DNA of 42,603 bases. Source: Octopus bimaculoides (Eukaryota). Positions within the stretch are counted from its first letter, which is position 1. Every line of letters starts with the position of its first letter. Shown in pieces: positions 1 to 10,693 of the stretch. Location of the stretch: positions 9,374,206 through 9,416,808 of the forward strand of contig NC_068986.1 in the NCBI RefSeq assembly GCF_001194135.2. The letters are read 5' to 3'. The translations under genes were made by a program, and so were the position numbers. The notes below the pieces were generated by a model. The model saw only the letters and a program-made list of their open reading frames with translations. It was not told the origin of the DNA and did no database searches.

Positions 1-298
1 GCATCTCATCTAAATTGATTTGCTCCCTAATTAGTTGGGCTATGACCCTCTCTGTAACTTTCATAACCTGATCTAACAGCTTGATGCCTCTGTAATTATG
101 TGTATCTAAAGCGTCACCTTTACCTTTGTAGCAGTTGACTATGATGCTGCTACACCAGTCATTGGGTATGACTCCTTCGTGTATCACCTGGTTCGTAATA
201 CGGGTGACTAGGCTATAGCCAACACTGCCAGATATTTTGAGCATCTCTGCAGTGATTCCTGATGGGCCGGGGGCTTTCCCGGTCTTCATACTCTTAAC
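1..298 (-). mobile_element. RTE-clade LINE reverse-transcriptase fragment (runs off window start)
   Basis: Minus-strand frame without stops from ~298 to 2 reads VKSMKTGKAPGPSGITAEMLKISGSVGYSLVTRITNQVIHEGVIPNDWCSSIIVNCYKGKGDALDTHNYRGIKLLDQVMKVTERVIAQLIREQINLDEM. KAPGP, YKGKGD and NYRGIKL are hallmark N-terminal RT motifs of RTE-type non-LTR elements. Confidence 0.93.
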
Positions 299-733
299 AA
301 AATTAATTCCATCTGCTGCACTAATTAAATCCTGATGGCAAAAAGTTTTTTCAGGTAGTAGAATTTAATGGACTCCAGGCAGCTACTATCATTTGAACCG
401 ATGCAGCTTTATATTAGTCATGAACCTCTGTTAGTTCTACTTAGCAGGATATAATTGGTGTTCAAATCTCATTCAAAGTTCCCCTTTGGGGGAAACTGGC
501 TTTCATTGATGGCATTCCCTGCATTGATGTATATTTATGCTTTTCCTAGGTTTAAAAATGATTCATTTTTCTTTTTTTTTTTTTTTCAAATGGTGTCACG
601 TCTATCATTGACTGACATTTTGTTTTCTTGTTTTAATGTTCAACTGTTTTTTGTTTGGCTGAAAGAAATTGACTGGAATAATTATGGATTAAGGATAATG
701 AATTTACTGAGTATTTTTCTTTTGAGTAAATAT

Positions 734-1949
734 TGTTACGAACGCCCGCACACGAAGCACCTCAACGAAGAGAAAACTCGCGTGTGCGCGACTGTCGACG
801 CTCAGTGAGTCAGGATGTTCGCCACTACTAAGCCCAGCCGGAGCACGTGACAACGACAACAGGCAAGGAAGAAGAAATAACACAGAGACCATATGTTGCG
901 TAGTGAAACTAACTTTTTTTTTCTTAGCAAAACAATACATCATCAGAGCATAACAATAATTCATAGTACTTGCAGTAACACATGTAACACATGTAACACA
1001 TGTAACACATGTAACACATGTAACACATGTAACAATAGTTTTTCCAAGCATTTAACAAAAGGTTTTCAATCATTACATAATCAAAAGTTTACAAAGTTCG
1101 TGCATCGAGAGTCAATCAAAAAGTTTTTTTACTTCGTTGTTTTTCTTTTCTTTGAACAACATGTAACAACAAAGTTCTCTCTTTTCTTTTCTTTTCAGTT
1201 AACATCACAGTTAACGAAAGTTCTTTCTTTTCTTTCTTTTCAACCAGTTAATATCACAATTAACAAAATCTCTTTTTCTTTTAAAACATGTAACAACAAA
1301 GTACATTTTTCTTTAAAGAAATGCAAACAAACCTTCACCGCAAGAATTTCCTTTCCTTCAAATATCCCACTACAATCACAAGAACTGACCAAGGTAGTCT
1401 ACTACAATCTTTTGCCTGCCACAACAGTTCCATCTCTCTGTCCCTCTCTCTCTCAGACTCTATCCATTTCTGCTGACTGGTGCCTTCTGACCATAGCCTC
1501 TCTCTCTCAGCCTCTGTCTGTCAGTCTCTTTGTTCATCTTGATTCTCTTCACTCACTGCTGGCTGTCACATCGTTCTTCACTGGCTGACCGCTGGTACAT
1601 CGACTGCTCTGCCCATCTTCACTGGCTGACCGCTTACGCCAACTGCTGTATGCCAACTATCTGATACCAACTGCTTGTCCCCAACTATCCTACTGTATTT
1701 ATGACAAATACCGTAGCCAACAGTCCTACGTTACCCCCCCCCCCCNNNNNNNNNNNNNNNCCCCTCCAAAGCTGGGTCAGTTTAGTACAGTCCCTAACTT
1801 GCTTTTCTAAACTTTCGGTGACCGGAAAGGCTCAGCGTTCACTCCTATGCTAAAAATAACTGTGCTTGTTGACAGGACAAAAGCAATACCATTGTCCTCA
1901 ACAACTAGAATACGGTTTCAAACCCAGCTCGGGGAATAGGGACATAACG
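734..1949. mobile_element. Solo-LTR-like element (~1.2 kb)
   Basis: Abrupt CpG-rich block starting TGTTACG (734) and ending CATAACG (1943-1949), close to an inverted TGT...ACA terminus. It has internal short direct repeats (cttcactggctgaccgct x2; acatgtaacaacaaagt x2) and no coding motifs. TSD is imperfect (atat/ttat). Confidence 0.45.
975..1034. repeat. 9-bp tandem repeat (GTAACACAT)x6.7
   Basis: Six perfect units plus GTAACA. It produces the spurious TCN/TCV-repeat ORFs. Confidence 0.98.
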
Positions 1950-2487
1950 TTATTTTGTATTTCAGCGGTCCCTATCAATATTTATTCAAATTTCACAGAC
2001 TTCCTTTAAATGTTCTGAATTAATCATTATCTGTATTGTTTCTTTAAAAAGAAAAAAAAAGGTTTCTTGTTATCGATATGGACTTATTTGAGCCACATTT
2101 TTTAATTTTAATTTTTGATTGTTATATCCTGACTGTTAGAATTCAAGAAATTTAAAGAGTATTTTTTTTCATTTTCCTTTTAGATATTGTTATGACTCCA
2201 ACCAAGAAAGGAGAAGCCACTCATATAAAAATTGAAAGGAAAAAACGGTTATCATTTGAGGATAAAAAAGTAGCTCACGTTGGTGGTGGAGAGCACAAAG
2301 GCCTTGTTATTAACAATCAAGCTGCTGGTGAGTTCTTTATTAATTTTGACTTCAACACCAGAAAATGTTTTTACTGTCTTTCTTGGTAGAAGTAAGCATT
2401 TTAAGAAGACTACTACATAAAATATCAAATAATAGAATTCAGTAAAATTTATGAAAAGTCTTGAAAACTAAATGCGTTTCATGTAAT

Positions 2488-2961
2488 TCATCATCATCAT
2501 CATCATCATTTAACATCTGTTGTCCATGCTGGCATGGGTTGGACGGTTTCACTGGGCTGGCATGCTGCAAGGCTGCACCAGATTCCAGTCTGATTTGGCA
2601 TGATTTTCTATGGCTGGATACCTACCCTTCCTAATGCCAACCACTCCGAGAATGTAATGGGTGCTTTTACGTTCCACTGGCATGGGTGCCATTTGCATGA
2701 AACTGGGGTGCATTCATGTGCCATTTTGTGTGACACCAGTATCTGCCATGACTGCGATTTTGCTGAGCTTGATGGGTCTTCTTCTCAAGCATGACATAAT
2801 GCCAAAGGTCTTCGTCATTGCCTCCGTGAGGCCTGTTACTCGAAAGGAACTCAGCCACTTTGCCTCCATGAGGCCTGACACTCAAAGGGAACTCAGCCAC
2901 TTTGCCTCCGTGAGGCCCAATGCTCGAAAGGAACTCAGCCACTTTGCCTTCGTGAGGCCCA
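2488..2961 (-). mobile_element. RTE LINE 3' end / RTE-derived non-autonomous element with 42-bp tandem repeat
   Basis: (CAT)n tail, shared tail motif cccttcctaatgccaacc, and minus-strand DLWHYVMLEKKT matching the RTE ORF C-terminus also seen at 39945-40043. A 42-bp unit x3.4 spans 2820-2961. Confidence 0.8.
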
Positions 2962-3324
2962 GTTGGAAATTGAAATGACACCTGAAATGAATTTTTAGTG
3001 TTAAGACTATGAAAATGAGTAAAAGATTTATGCTATTGTAGATTTTAGAAATAGAATTTAAAAGATTTATTTTTTTGTAAGAAGATTTAAAATCAAGGAG
3101 TCATTTCATTTAACATTCTTTGTCTTTAGCCAGAATCAATAAGGACTTAATCTTTTAGACAAGTTCAGTATTGATTCTACCATGGAACCAACTGATCATC
3201 CATGAAAGTAAGAATCCTGGTTCAGTGCCATTTAAAACAAATTTTTTCAAAATAGATTTACCAAAGTCCCTGAATGTTTCAGTGTTATACTGGATGACAA
3301 AACTGATGCAGTTGCATTTTGTAT

Positions 3325-3695
3325 GCATAAGCATGGCTGTGTGGTAAAGAAATTTGCTTTGCAACTATGTGGCTTTGGGTTCAGTCCCACTGCACAGCAC
3401 TTTGGACAAGAGTCTTCTATAGTTCTGGTCTGACCAATACCTTGAGTGAATTTGGTCGACAGATATTGTGTGGAAGCCCGACATATATGTATGTCTGTGT
3501 TGTGGTTGTCCCCTACCACTGCTTGACAATAGGTGTTGGTTTGCTTACATCCCCATAACTTAGTTGTCCAGCAAAAAGCCAGATAGAATAAGTACCAGAT
3601 TTAGAACTAATTCCTGAGGTTGATTTGGTCACATCCAATCATTCAAGGCTGTACCCCAGCATGGCCACAATCCCATGACTGAAATAAAACAAAAA
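3325..3695 (+). mobile_element. tRNA-head SINE, family A (diverged)
   Basis: Aligns by eye along its length with the copy at 13742-14175 (ggctgtgtggtaa...gggttcagtcccactgc...gatagaataagtacc...ccagcatggccaca). Confidence 0.85.
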
Positions 3696-4191
3696 CGATA
3701 TTAAAAAAGGAAACCTTAAATATATTTTGCTTTTACTTTTTCATTGCAATACTTTGTTTGTCCACCCCCCAGTAACCTCTGCTTTTATTTCAATGGGAAT
3801 GTTCCAAGTAAACTCAAAGGTTTTAATCTCAACATTTTATAATATTTTTTTTTTAAATGACATCAATTGAGGAAGTCAACAATAGTAAAAATACAAGAGA
3901 TTTAATTGTGTTTGGTTTTTGTGTTTCTCCCCCACCCGCAAGAGTTTTCATATTGAAAGGTCAACCATGTTGAATAGTTGACTTTTTATTTAACCTGTCC
4001 AAGGTCACAACTAGGGTTATTAACTTATCTAGACTATTTGGTCTGATATCTTGTAGCATGGCAAAGCGAAACAACTGCCACTTGTTGTATTCTAAACTCT
4101 TCTGCCAAATTATAGAGATGGACGTGGAGGAAAAACATTTGTTCCTCATAAGTGTTTTAATCATTGTTGTCATCAATATCATCATCATGAC

Positions 4192-4590
4192 ATCATAGCT
4201 GTGTAGTAAGAAGCATGCTTCCCAACCACATGGCTCTGGGTTCAGTTCCATGTGTGGCACGTTGGGCAACCGTCATTTATAGCCTCAGGCCAATCAAAGC
4301 CTTGTAAGTGGATTTGGTAGATGGAAACTAAAAGAATCCCATTGTGTGTGTGTGTGTCTGTGTTTGTCTATGTTTGCTCTTCCCCTCCCACACCATTTGA
4401 TAACTGGTGTTGGTGCGTTTACATCACTGTAACCTAGCAGTTCAGCAAAAGAGACCAATTAAGTGCCAGGCTTAAAAAAACAAAAAACAAAAAAAGTTCT
4501 GGAGTCTATTCATTCAACAAGAAATTCTTCAAGGCGGTGCCCAAGCATGGCCACAGTATAATGATTGAAACAAGTAAAAAATACAAGATG
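4192..4590 (+). mobile_element. tRNA-head SINE, family A
   Basis: Same head, central (TG)n tract and tail (aaggcggtgcccaagcatggccacag...gaaacaagtaaaa) as the other family A copies. Confidence 0.87.
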
Positions 4591-5056
4591 ACTAGATAAA
4601 ATCATTATTTTTGGTCATCTAAGATTTCTTCCAACATTCATTTCGTTGCTTTTATGCAAAAGTGTCGTAAGTCCAAAATATTGCTTTTTCAGAACAAGAA
4701 AAAGTAGTTTCATCATTCCATAGCAAAACAATTCTACTACACTTTGACACTTTTTAATATTTTGGCATCTGAAGCAGATGGAGATATGATAGCTTGACCG
4801 AAAGAACTGGCTACTGCAAGTAAAAATAAATTTTGAAAAAAAAAAAAAATAACTGCATTTGGCCAAATTTGGACATACGACAGTTTAACATAATAACAAC
4901 GGTTTGTTTCACTCTGACAACAGCTACAGTTATAGAAACTCCTGTACCCCTCTTCCCCCATCTAACTGTAAGGTTTACTGCCTGTTTATAACAATAGAGA
5001 TGAACAGAGGATCTCTTTGTTGATGGGTTGGTATGGGTGTGAAATTACTAAATACT

Positions 5057-5079
5057 GCGCGCGCGCGCGCGCGCGCGCG
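5057..5079. repeat. (GC)11 alternating dinucleotide repeat
   Basis: gcgcgc... read directly; perfect palindrome inside a 5056-5083 alternating purine/pyrimidine tract. Confidence 0.98.
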
Positions 5080-5214
5080 TGTGACTGACTTCTAAAGTCA
5101 TGGTTTAGTACAGAGGTATGCACATGTTGCCAATTTGTTGTGCATACACCATAATTTCCTGCACTTGTGTCTATTTGTATCATTGACGCAGGCTCAGCAA
5201 TCCTCATCATACAC

Positions 5215-5284
5215 TCTCTCTCTCTCTCTCTCACTCTCTCACTCTCTCTCATACACTCGTTCACTCTCTCTCTCTCTCTCTCTC
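5215..5284. repeat. Imperfect (CT)n microsatellite
   Basis: Direct reading. Confidence 0.95.
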
Positions 5285-6679
5285 ACAGACTCCCTTCCGT
5301 TTTCCCATCATCAAGCATTGCCAATTATTTCAGTGAACTTCATAGCAATGTCTGTATAGTTCATACAGATCAATATATCCCCCCACCACTGTAACTATGC
5401 CAACAATTGGTGGTTATATGATAGAATCTATTATGTTATTGCCTGGAATATCTTTTTATTTTATTTACCAGTAACATTAATTCTCTTTTCATTTATAATT
5501 GATTTATTACTTTTTTTTTTAGTTAATAACATTTTCCGAGACAATAATTAACTGGAGATTTTGTCCTCTTCCAAATTTAAAGTTGACTTTCTGTGGCCAT
5601 ATAATTTATTTAACAGCACCCAACCTTAACAGATGTTATCTAAAATATGGTTTCACTACTGTAGATCAGTAGTGATTGTCACATTTGGCAATAGTAAACT
5701 CAATCGACATTACAAATATATTGCTCTTATAACATGTATCTCTTAGACGTCAACCTTGGCTTCTCTTCAGAGTTTTGTTTCTGATAACCTTTGACCCTTT
5801 TACTGTGGAAATCAGATATATCCACTCAAAATTTTATTCTCTTTAACTGTGGAAAGCAGTTTCACATTCCAGTCTATCTTTTGTTTTGTTGTGTTTGAAA
5901 CTTTTTTTGTTGATATGTCAATTTTATTGCAGTAATATGACTTGCAGAAAAATACCAGTTCTATTTTTTGGTAGATATTTATCATCATTTACTGGAATAA
6001 TCATGAAATTTAATTTCACACTTAAAGGGTTAATTCAGTTTCTAGATTTTGCATTTTACCCACAGTTCTTCTGCCTCAAAACATTTCCTTCTTTTCCCTT
6101 TTGTTGATACTCAAATGACTTATTTGAATTAATCCAACAAGCAACTGCCTGAAGCTTAAAACTTAACCTTTTTTCACTCCCCCCCCCCCGTTTCATTCTT
6201 GTTATGACATTTAGTAGTATCTTGTTGTAATCAGTTCTTGTTTGAGCTAATGTTCTCTCCTGTAGACAGAGACCTGTCATCACCACCTGAGGTCTTGAAT
6301 TATGTCAGTAATACTTATATTTTATTTAATGCAATTAAATTTTTGAAGAGGTTGAAATGGTATAAGTTTGTTAGCAACAGGCTTAATTTCATTTGGCAAC
6401 TCTTGGCACTTTTCATTTAACATTTTTAATTCAGATGGTTCAGATGTGTTGTATCTTAACCCTTCTACATTTTAAATGGAAGTGGCTTATGAAAGTAATG
6501 AAATAACCATTTGTTTGCTTAAGAAATCTCACTGTTAATATGTTGAGTCAAAACTTATTCATTTCTAACATAATTTTTACGCAACTGTCAACACTATGTT
6601 ACTAAAGAAGGTGATACAAAATAACTTGAAAAGAGTGGATGTTATACAATCTTTTTAACATAAAACATATTTACATTGA

Positions 6680-6805
6680 TTTGGGATACCCATACATGAA
6701 AAACGGGTATGGGTAGATGACAAGGAAGGGAATCCTCAATATTGCCCTAATAAATCCCATTCCACCCATACCTGTTTGGAAAAAGTGGACATAAACGATG
6801 ATGCT
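6680..6805 (+). mobile_element. Diverged RTE-type 3' tail
   Basis: Ends ccacccatacctgtttggaaaaagtggacataaacgatgatg, homologous to the tail at 9222-9286. Confidence 0.6.
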
Positions 6806-7027
6806 GATACCATCAAGGAGTCTGTAGTAATTCTGTATATGCCCTGTAGTGCTGGCCCTAAGGAGCAGGGTCCCTGAGAAAGTTATGAGGTGGACATGAT
6901 ATGATTTCCGTCGTTAGTTTGTCTTCACTGTTTTGACTTTAAATCTTTTATAAAGCGATGTCTAATCAATTATATCAACACTTCCTTAAAATCGATCATT
7001 CAAAACAAATCAATAATTTCTGATCTC

Positions 7028-7200
7028 ATCATTTAACATCTGGTTTCCATGCTGTCCTAGGTTGGCCAGTCGGACAGGAGCTGCACCAAGTTCCATTGTC
7101 TGTTTTGGCATGGTTTTTATGGCTGGATGCCCTTCCTAATGCCAAACACTTCATAGGGGGTGTACTGGGTGCTTTTTACATGGCACCAGCACCACATTGA
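7028..7200 (-). mobile_element. RTE-type 3' tail
   Basis: catcatttaacatctggtttccatgctg...ggctggatgcccttcctaatgcc...gtgctttttacatggcaccagcac, shared with at least ten other copies in the window. Confidence 0.85.
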
Positions 7201-8955
7201 ATGCACCAGTTTTTGTCTTATTACTGAAGTTAAACAACATTGAGCCTAGTTAGTACTTAAATGGGTGATCCTTAAAGAATTGGTATAATCTTAGATTTTT
7301 TTTGTAAACCCTTTTAAGATCTAAACTTCAGCATTCACAGATAATTCCTTGCAATATTGGTGCTAAATTGAAAATTAACAAATGATAATGTCCTGCCTGA
7401 AATTTTCTGCCTAATCTAAGTTTGTTAAACTGTTTGTTATCTTACCTTAGCTAATTAGTTCCAACAATTCTACCAATTTTACACTGGTTAACCTTTGGCA
7501 GCAAATGAGCTTCACTTCTGACTGATCTGAGGTAGTGAAGTAGGTGCTTAATACTGTCCTTTCTAACCTCAGTAAAGCAGTCTTATTAACTTCATAGATG
7601 TGTGTATATGTGTGCATGCACACACAATTGTATTTAACATGTGTTTACATATCAGCAAATTTACAGTTGACTCTCCCCAGACACAACAAAATTTACAGTT
7701 GTTTAAATAAAAAAAACAGCAGTTCTTAGTAGAATGTAACAATAGATTTGGCGTCTGTAGTTGATGAAGCTTAATGATACAGAAACATGTGTTCTAGTGT
7801 CTGTTGACATCATTCATAGCCCTGTGACATGTTTTTGGCACACATTGTCTATGGGGGAAAATTTCTGCAGTAAAGATCTCTCTCTATGTTTGAGCCTATG
7901 CAAACGTATTAATTATAATTATACCTATCTATATTTCAATTAATGTTGTTTAGTGCAATGCTTTTTGGTCTGGGAACTTGCTAACAAAGTTGCTGGCCCA
8001 AAGACTCTCTACATGTCTCATTATTACAGAAGTTACCTTTTGAATTGGCTCCATTCTAGACTCTTACTGACATTCTGTTGTAACTTGTTTTCTACATTTT
8101 TCCTTTTGTATATTAATTACCTAATTGTTGTTAGTGCTAACGACACCTACTTTCGTGCAAATGATTACCACCTTTCACTCCTTAACTTCCCACTGCTTCC
8201 ATGAGCAGACGCCTCAATAATATCCTCTCACAGTGCCAAAGTATGCACACTGCATATCACAGAAACAGTCTTGCATTCCACCTTCCTTATATATATTTGG
8301 GTTCCCTTTACATATAAAGCAGCAGCAGCAGCACCAGCAGCACATAGCTGAAACTCAAGTGCTGCCGTGTCTCTCAGTTTCTGTCTTTAATGGTAAAACC
8401 CACATGTATTATAGCATTAGCAAAGCAGCTTTGCAGAGACTAAGGTTTTATTTTGGGCCAGAAAATATATCAGTTTTAATGATTTAACAACCCTCTTCAG
8501 GATTCCATTGCCACTGTCAAGAGGATTGCTTACAACAGTGCTGTCACTCCTATGGAATATCTCAACATGTAATATACCTACCTATCTATACATCTGGCTT
8601 TTATGGTAAAGATTTGCTCACCAACATCTACAACCACTAACTCACAGGCAAATTGTATCTTTTCTCTGCCTATTTCTCCCATTACAAACCATTGAATCCT
8701 AAGAAAAATAGTCCATATTTTTAGAAATGGAAAAATAAAAAAAACAAAGCTTTTAACACTTTCTTTTCAAGAGGTTCAGAAAAATTATGATTGCTTAAAA
8801 GATTTGGGATAGATACGGCCAGTTTAACTGCTAAAGACTTAAATCAACTCTTGTAAGGAACTTATCTTTGTTAACTAATTGCCATTCCATATTCCTTCAA
8901 CTTCATTAAGTCCTAGCATTTCTTCTTAGTATGTGCATACAATGTTGTGAAAGCA

Positions 8956-9170
8956 AATGGTGGCGTGGTTAGAGTGTTTGATTCTGGATCATAATGTCAT
9001 GAGATCAATTCCTTCTTGGACGAGATGGCACATTGTTAAGACACTTCATTCCACATTACCCCCCCCNNNNNNNNNNCCCAGTCTACTCAGCTGTAAACGA
9101 GTACTATCCAAGTGCTGGTGCTGTTCTCCCTCCCCCCAGCTGTCATATCTTGGATATGCCATTGGATCTT
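8956..9170 (+). mobile_element. tRNA-head SINE, family B (CORE-like centre), diverged
   Basis: Box-A-like tggcgtggttagagtg, then taagacacttcattccacattac...ccagtctactcagctgtaaacgagtac, similar to 29001-29330 and 40057-40230. Confidence 0.65.
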
Positions 9171-9221
9171 AATTGCTAGTAGGGACACCATATTTCATTT
9201 TGCAACCATAACATACGACCA

Positions 9222-9286
9222 AGTGAACCGTCCAACCCATGCCAGCATGGAAAGCAGACGTTAAACGACGATGATGATGATGATTG
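9222..9286 (+). mobile_element. RTE-type 3' tail (short)
   Basis: ccgtccaacccatgccagcatggaaagcagacgttaaacgacgatgatgatgatg. Confidence 0.85.
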
Positions 9287-9652
9287 ACTCCTGAGCCTCA
9301 TTTTATGTTTTATCCCAGGGTCCCAATATGATATCTTAATTAATTTTGACAGGAGTGGCATAATATTTTTACACTATACCATACCTCTCAGAAAGCCCAT
9401 AGGAAAGAATTTTAAAAAATGACCTGCTGGTGGGTCTGGAGGGACTCGCTAATATACCACCACAACCCACCTGCAGGACGTGTGGGAGCCGACGTGTTAA
9501 AGGGTTCTAAGTCAACACTGTGCGCCACACCTGTGTCAATTCACTTTTTGAAGTGATCCCTACAGATAGTCTAAAGAAATTAGAGGCCGGCACTGATTTG
9601 TTATGATGTCCTCTTTCTAATTTCTGTAGCATATCTGAAGACATAACTTCAA

Positions 9653-9872
9653 CCCTTTGGTGTTTAAGCCAGCCATATCCGGCCCAATATCCTACATGAT
9701 TTACATTCAAACTGGCCATATCTAGCCTCTCACACCTAACCTACATTGACATTCTAAGAATAAACTATCACACCATCGAAACTTCAAAGCTGTAAGATAA
9801 TGTACGATTAATTCAAAACAATTTGAGTGAAAAAAGCATTACATTTAACAGATTAATCTGAACACTAAAGGG
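9653..9872. mobile_element. piggyBac-like MITE
   Basis: Termini CCCTTT...AAAGGG flanked by tcaa/ttaa. A reverse-complement copy lies at 31391-31586. Confidence 0.75.
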
Positions 9873-9920
9873 TTAAAAGGCAGGATGCTCATGTCTGCTT
9901 GTGACTTTGTAAGCATCTGT

Positions 9921-10010
9921 CTATCTCTCTCTCACTATCTCTCTCTCACTATCTCTCTCTCACTATCTCTCTCTCACTATCTCTCTCTCACTATCTCTCT
10001 CTCTCACTAT
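9921..10010. repeat. 14-bp tandem repeat (CTATCTCTCTCTCA)x6 followed by (GTCT)/(GTCC)n
   Basis: Direct reading. Confidence 0.95.
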
Positions 10011-10203
10011 GTCTGTCTGTCCGTCCGTCCGTCCGTCCATACTTGTGGCTATGGCGAAAGAATGATTCTGGTGGACGCGTGGGAAAGGATTAGAGACAAA
10101 CACTTTCCTCTCTGGTCAATCTCTCATCAGCTTTTTCAAGTATCACTTGAAAAGGAAAGTGAGAAGAGAAGCAAGTGTTGTCTTGTGAATGTTTCCAAAA
10201 AAG

Positions 10204-10207
10204 ATGG
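10204..10207 (+). CDS. Candidate start-codon exon end (ATG+G) of the spliced gene
   Basis: aagATGG/gtgaat: good Kozak context and a GTGAAT donor in phase 1. Splicing to 14387 gives MDDDDNLGKPQL. An in-frame ATG at 10189 would give MFPKKMDDDD. It lies in a CpG-rich patch. No transcript evidence. Confidence 0.4.
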
Positions 10208-10593
10208 GTGAATGTAGCAAGGATGGCACATATAAATGACGAAGTCACCTTGAGCATGATCCTATGAAACGGGAGAAAAATTTAAAGCAGAGAGTTACTT
10301 ACTTTTTGTAAATAAATGTGTTAACATGTAGCATTATTGCCTGAGGTTACCGTGGTTTTTTTGTAGGTTTTTCTTTCCACGGATAAACCTCCCTGTTTCT
10401 TGGGAACTTTTTGTATTATTTTGATTTTGTTTTTGTATATATCCGAAACGATTTCGATTCCTTTTGATCGTTGTTCCTACTTTTGTTTTTTTACTTTGGT
10501 TTCATCCCCCTTGAAAAGAAAAAAAAACTCTTCATTGTATTTGTCCCATCTGTGTTCAGTCCTCTGTGGCTAATAAAGAAAGTTATCTCTATC

Positions 10594-10617
10594 TCTCTCC
10601 CTCTCTCTCTCTCCCTC

Positions 10618-10693
<76 letters not shown>

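Noticed and set aside
704-1588. ORFs with TCV/TCN repeats (704-1051, 893-1588) resembling Cys-rich proteins
   Set aside because: Produced by the 9-bp tandem repeat; the remainder is low-complexity F/S/K sequence with no domain character.
2820-2961. CRISPR-like periodicity (also the 66-bp array at 39539-39830)
   Set aside because: Units are tandem homologues without unique spacers, the context is eukaryotic retroelement sequence, and no cas genes are present.
4058-4200. tag-c-ATG MAKRNNCHLLYSKLF... short ORF
   Set aside because: No good donor; runs into a (CAT)n tract and a SINE.
10095-10135. Minus-strand CTGATGA followed by GAAA
   Set aside because: No stem II or stem I complementarity.
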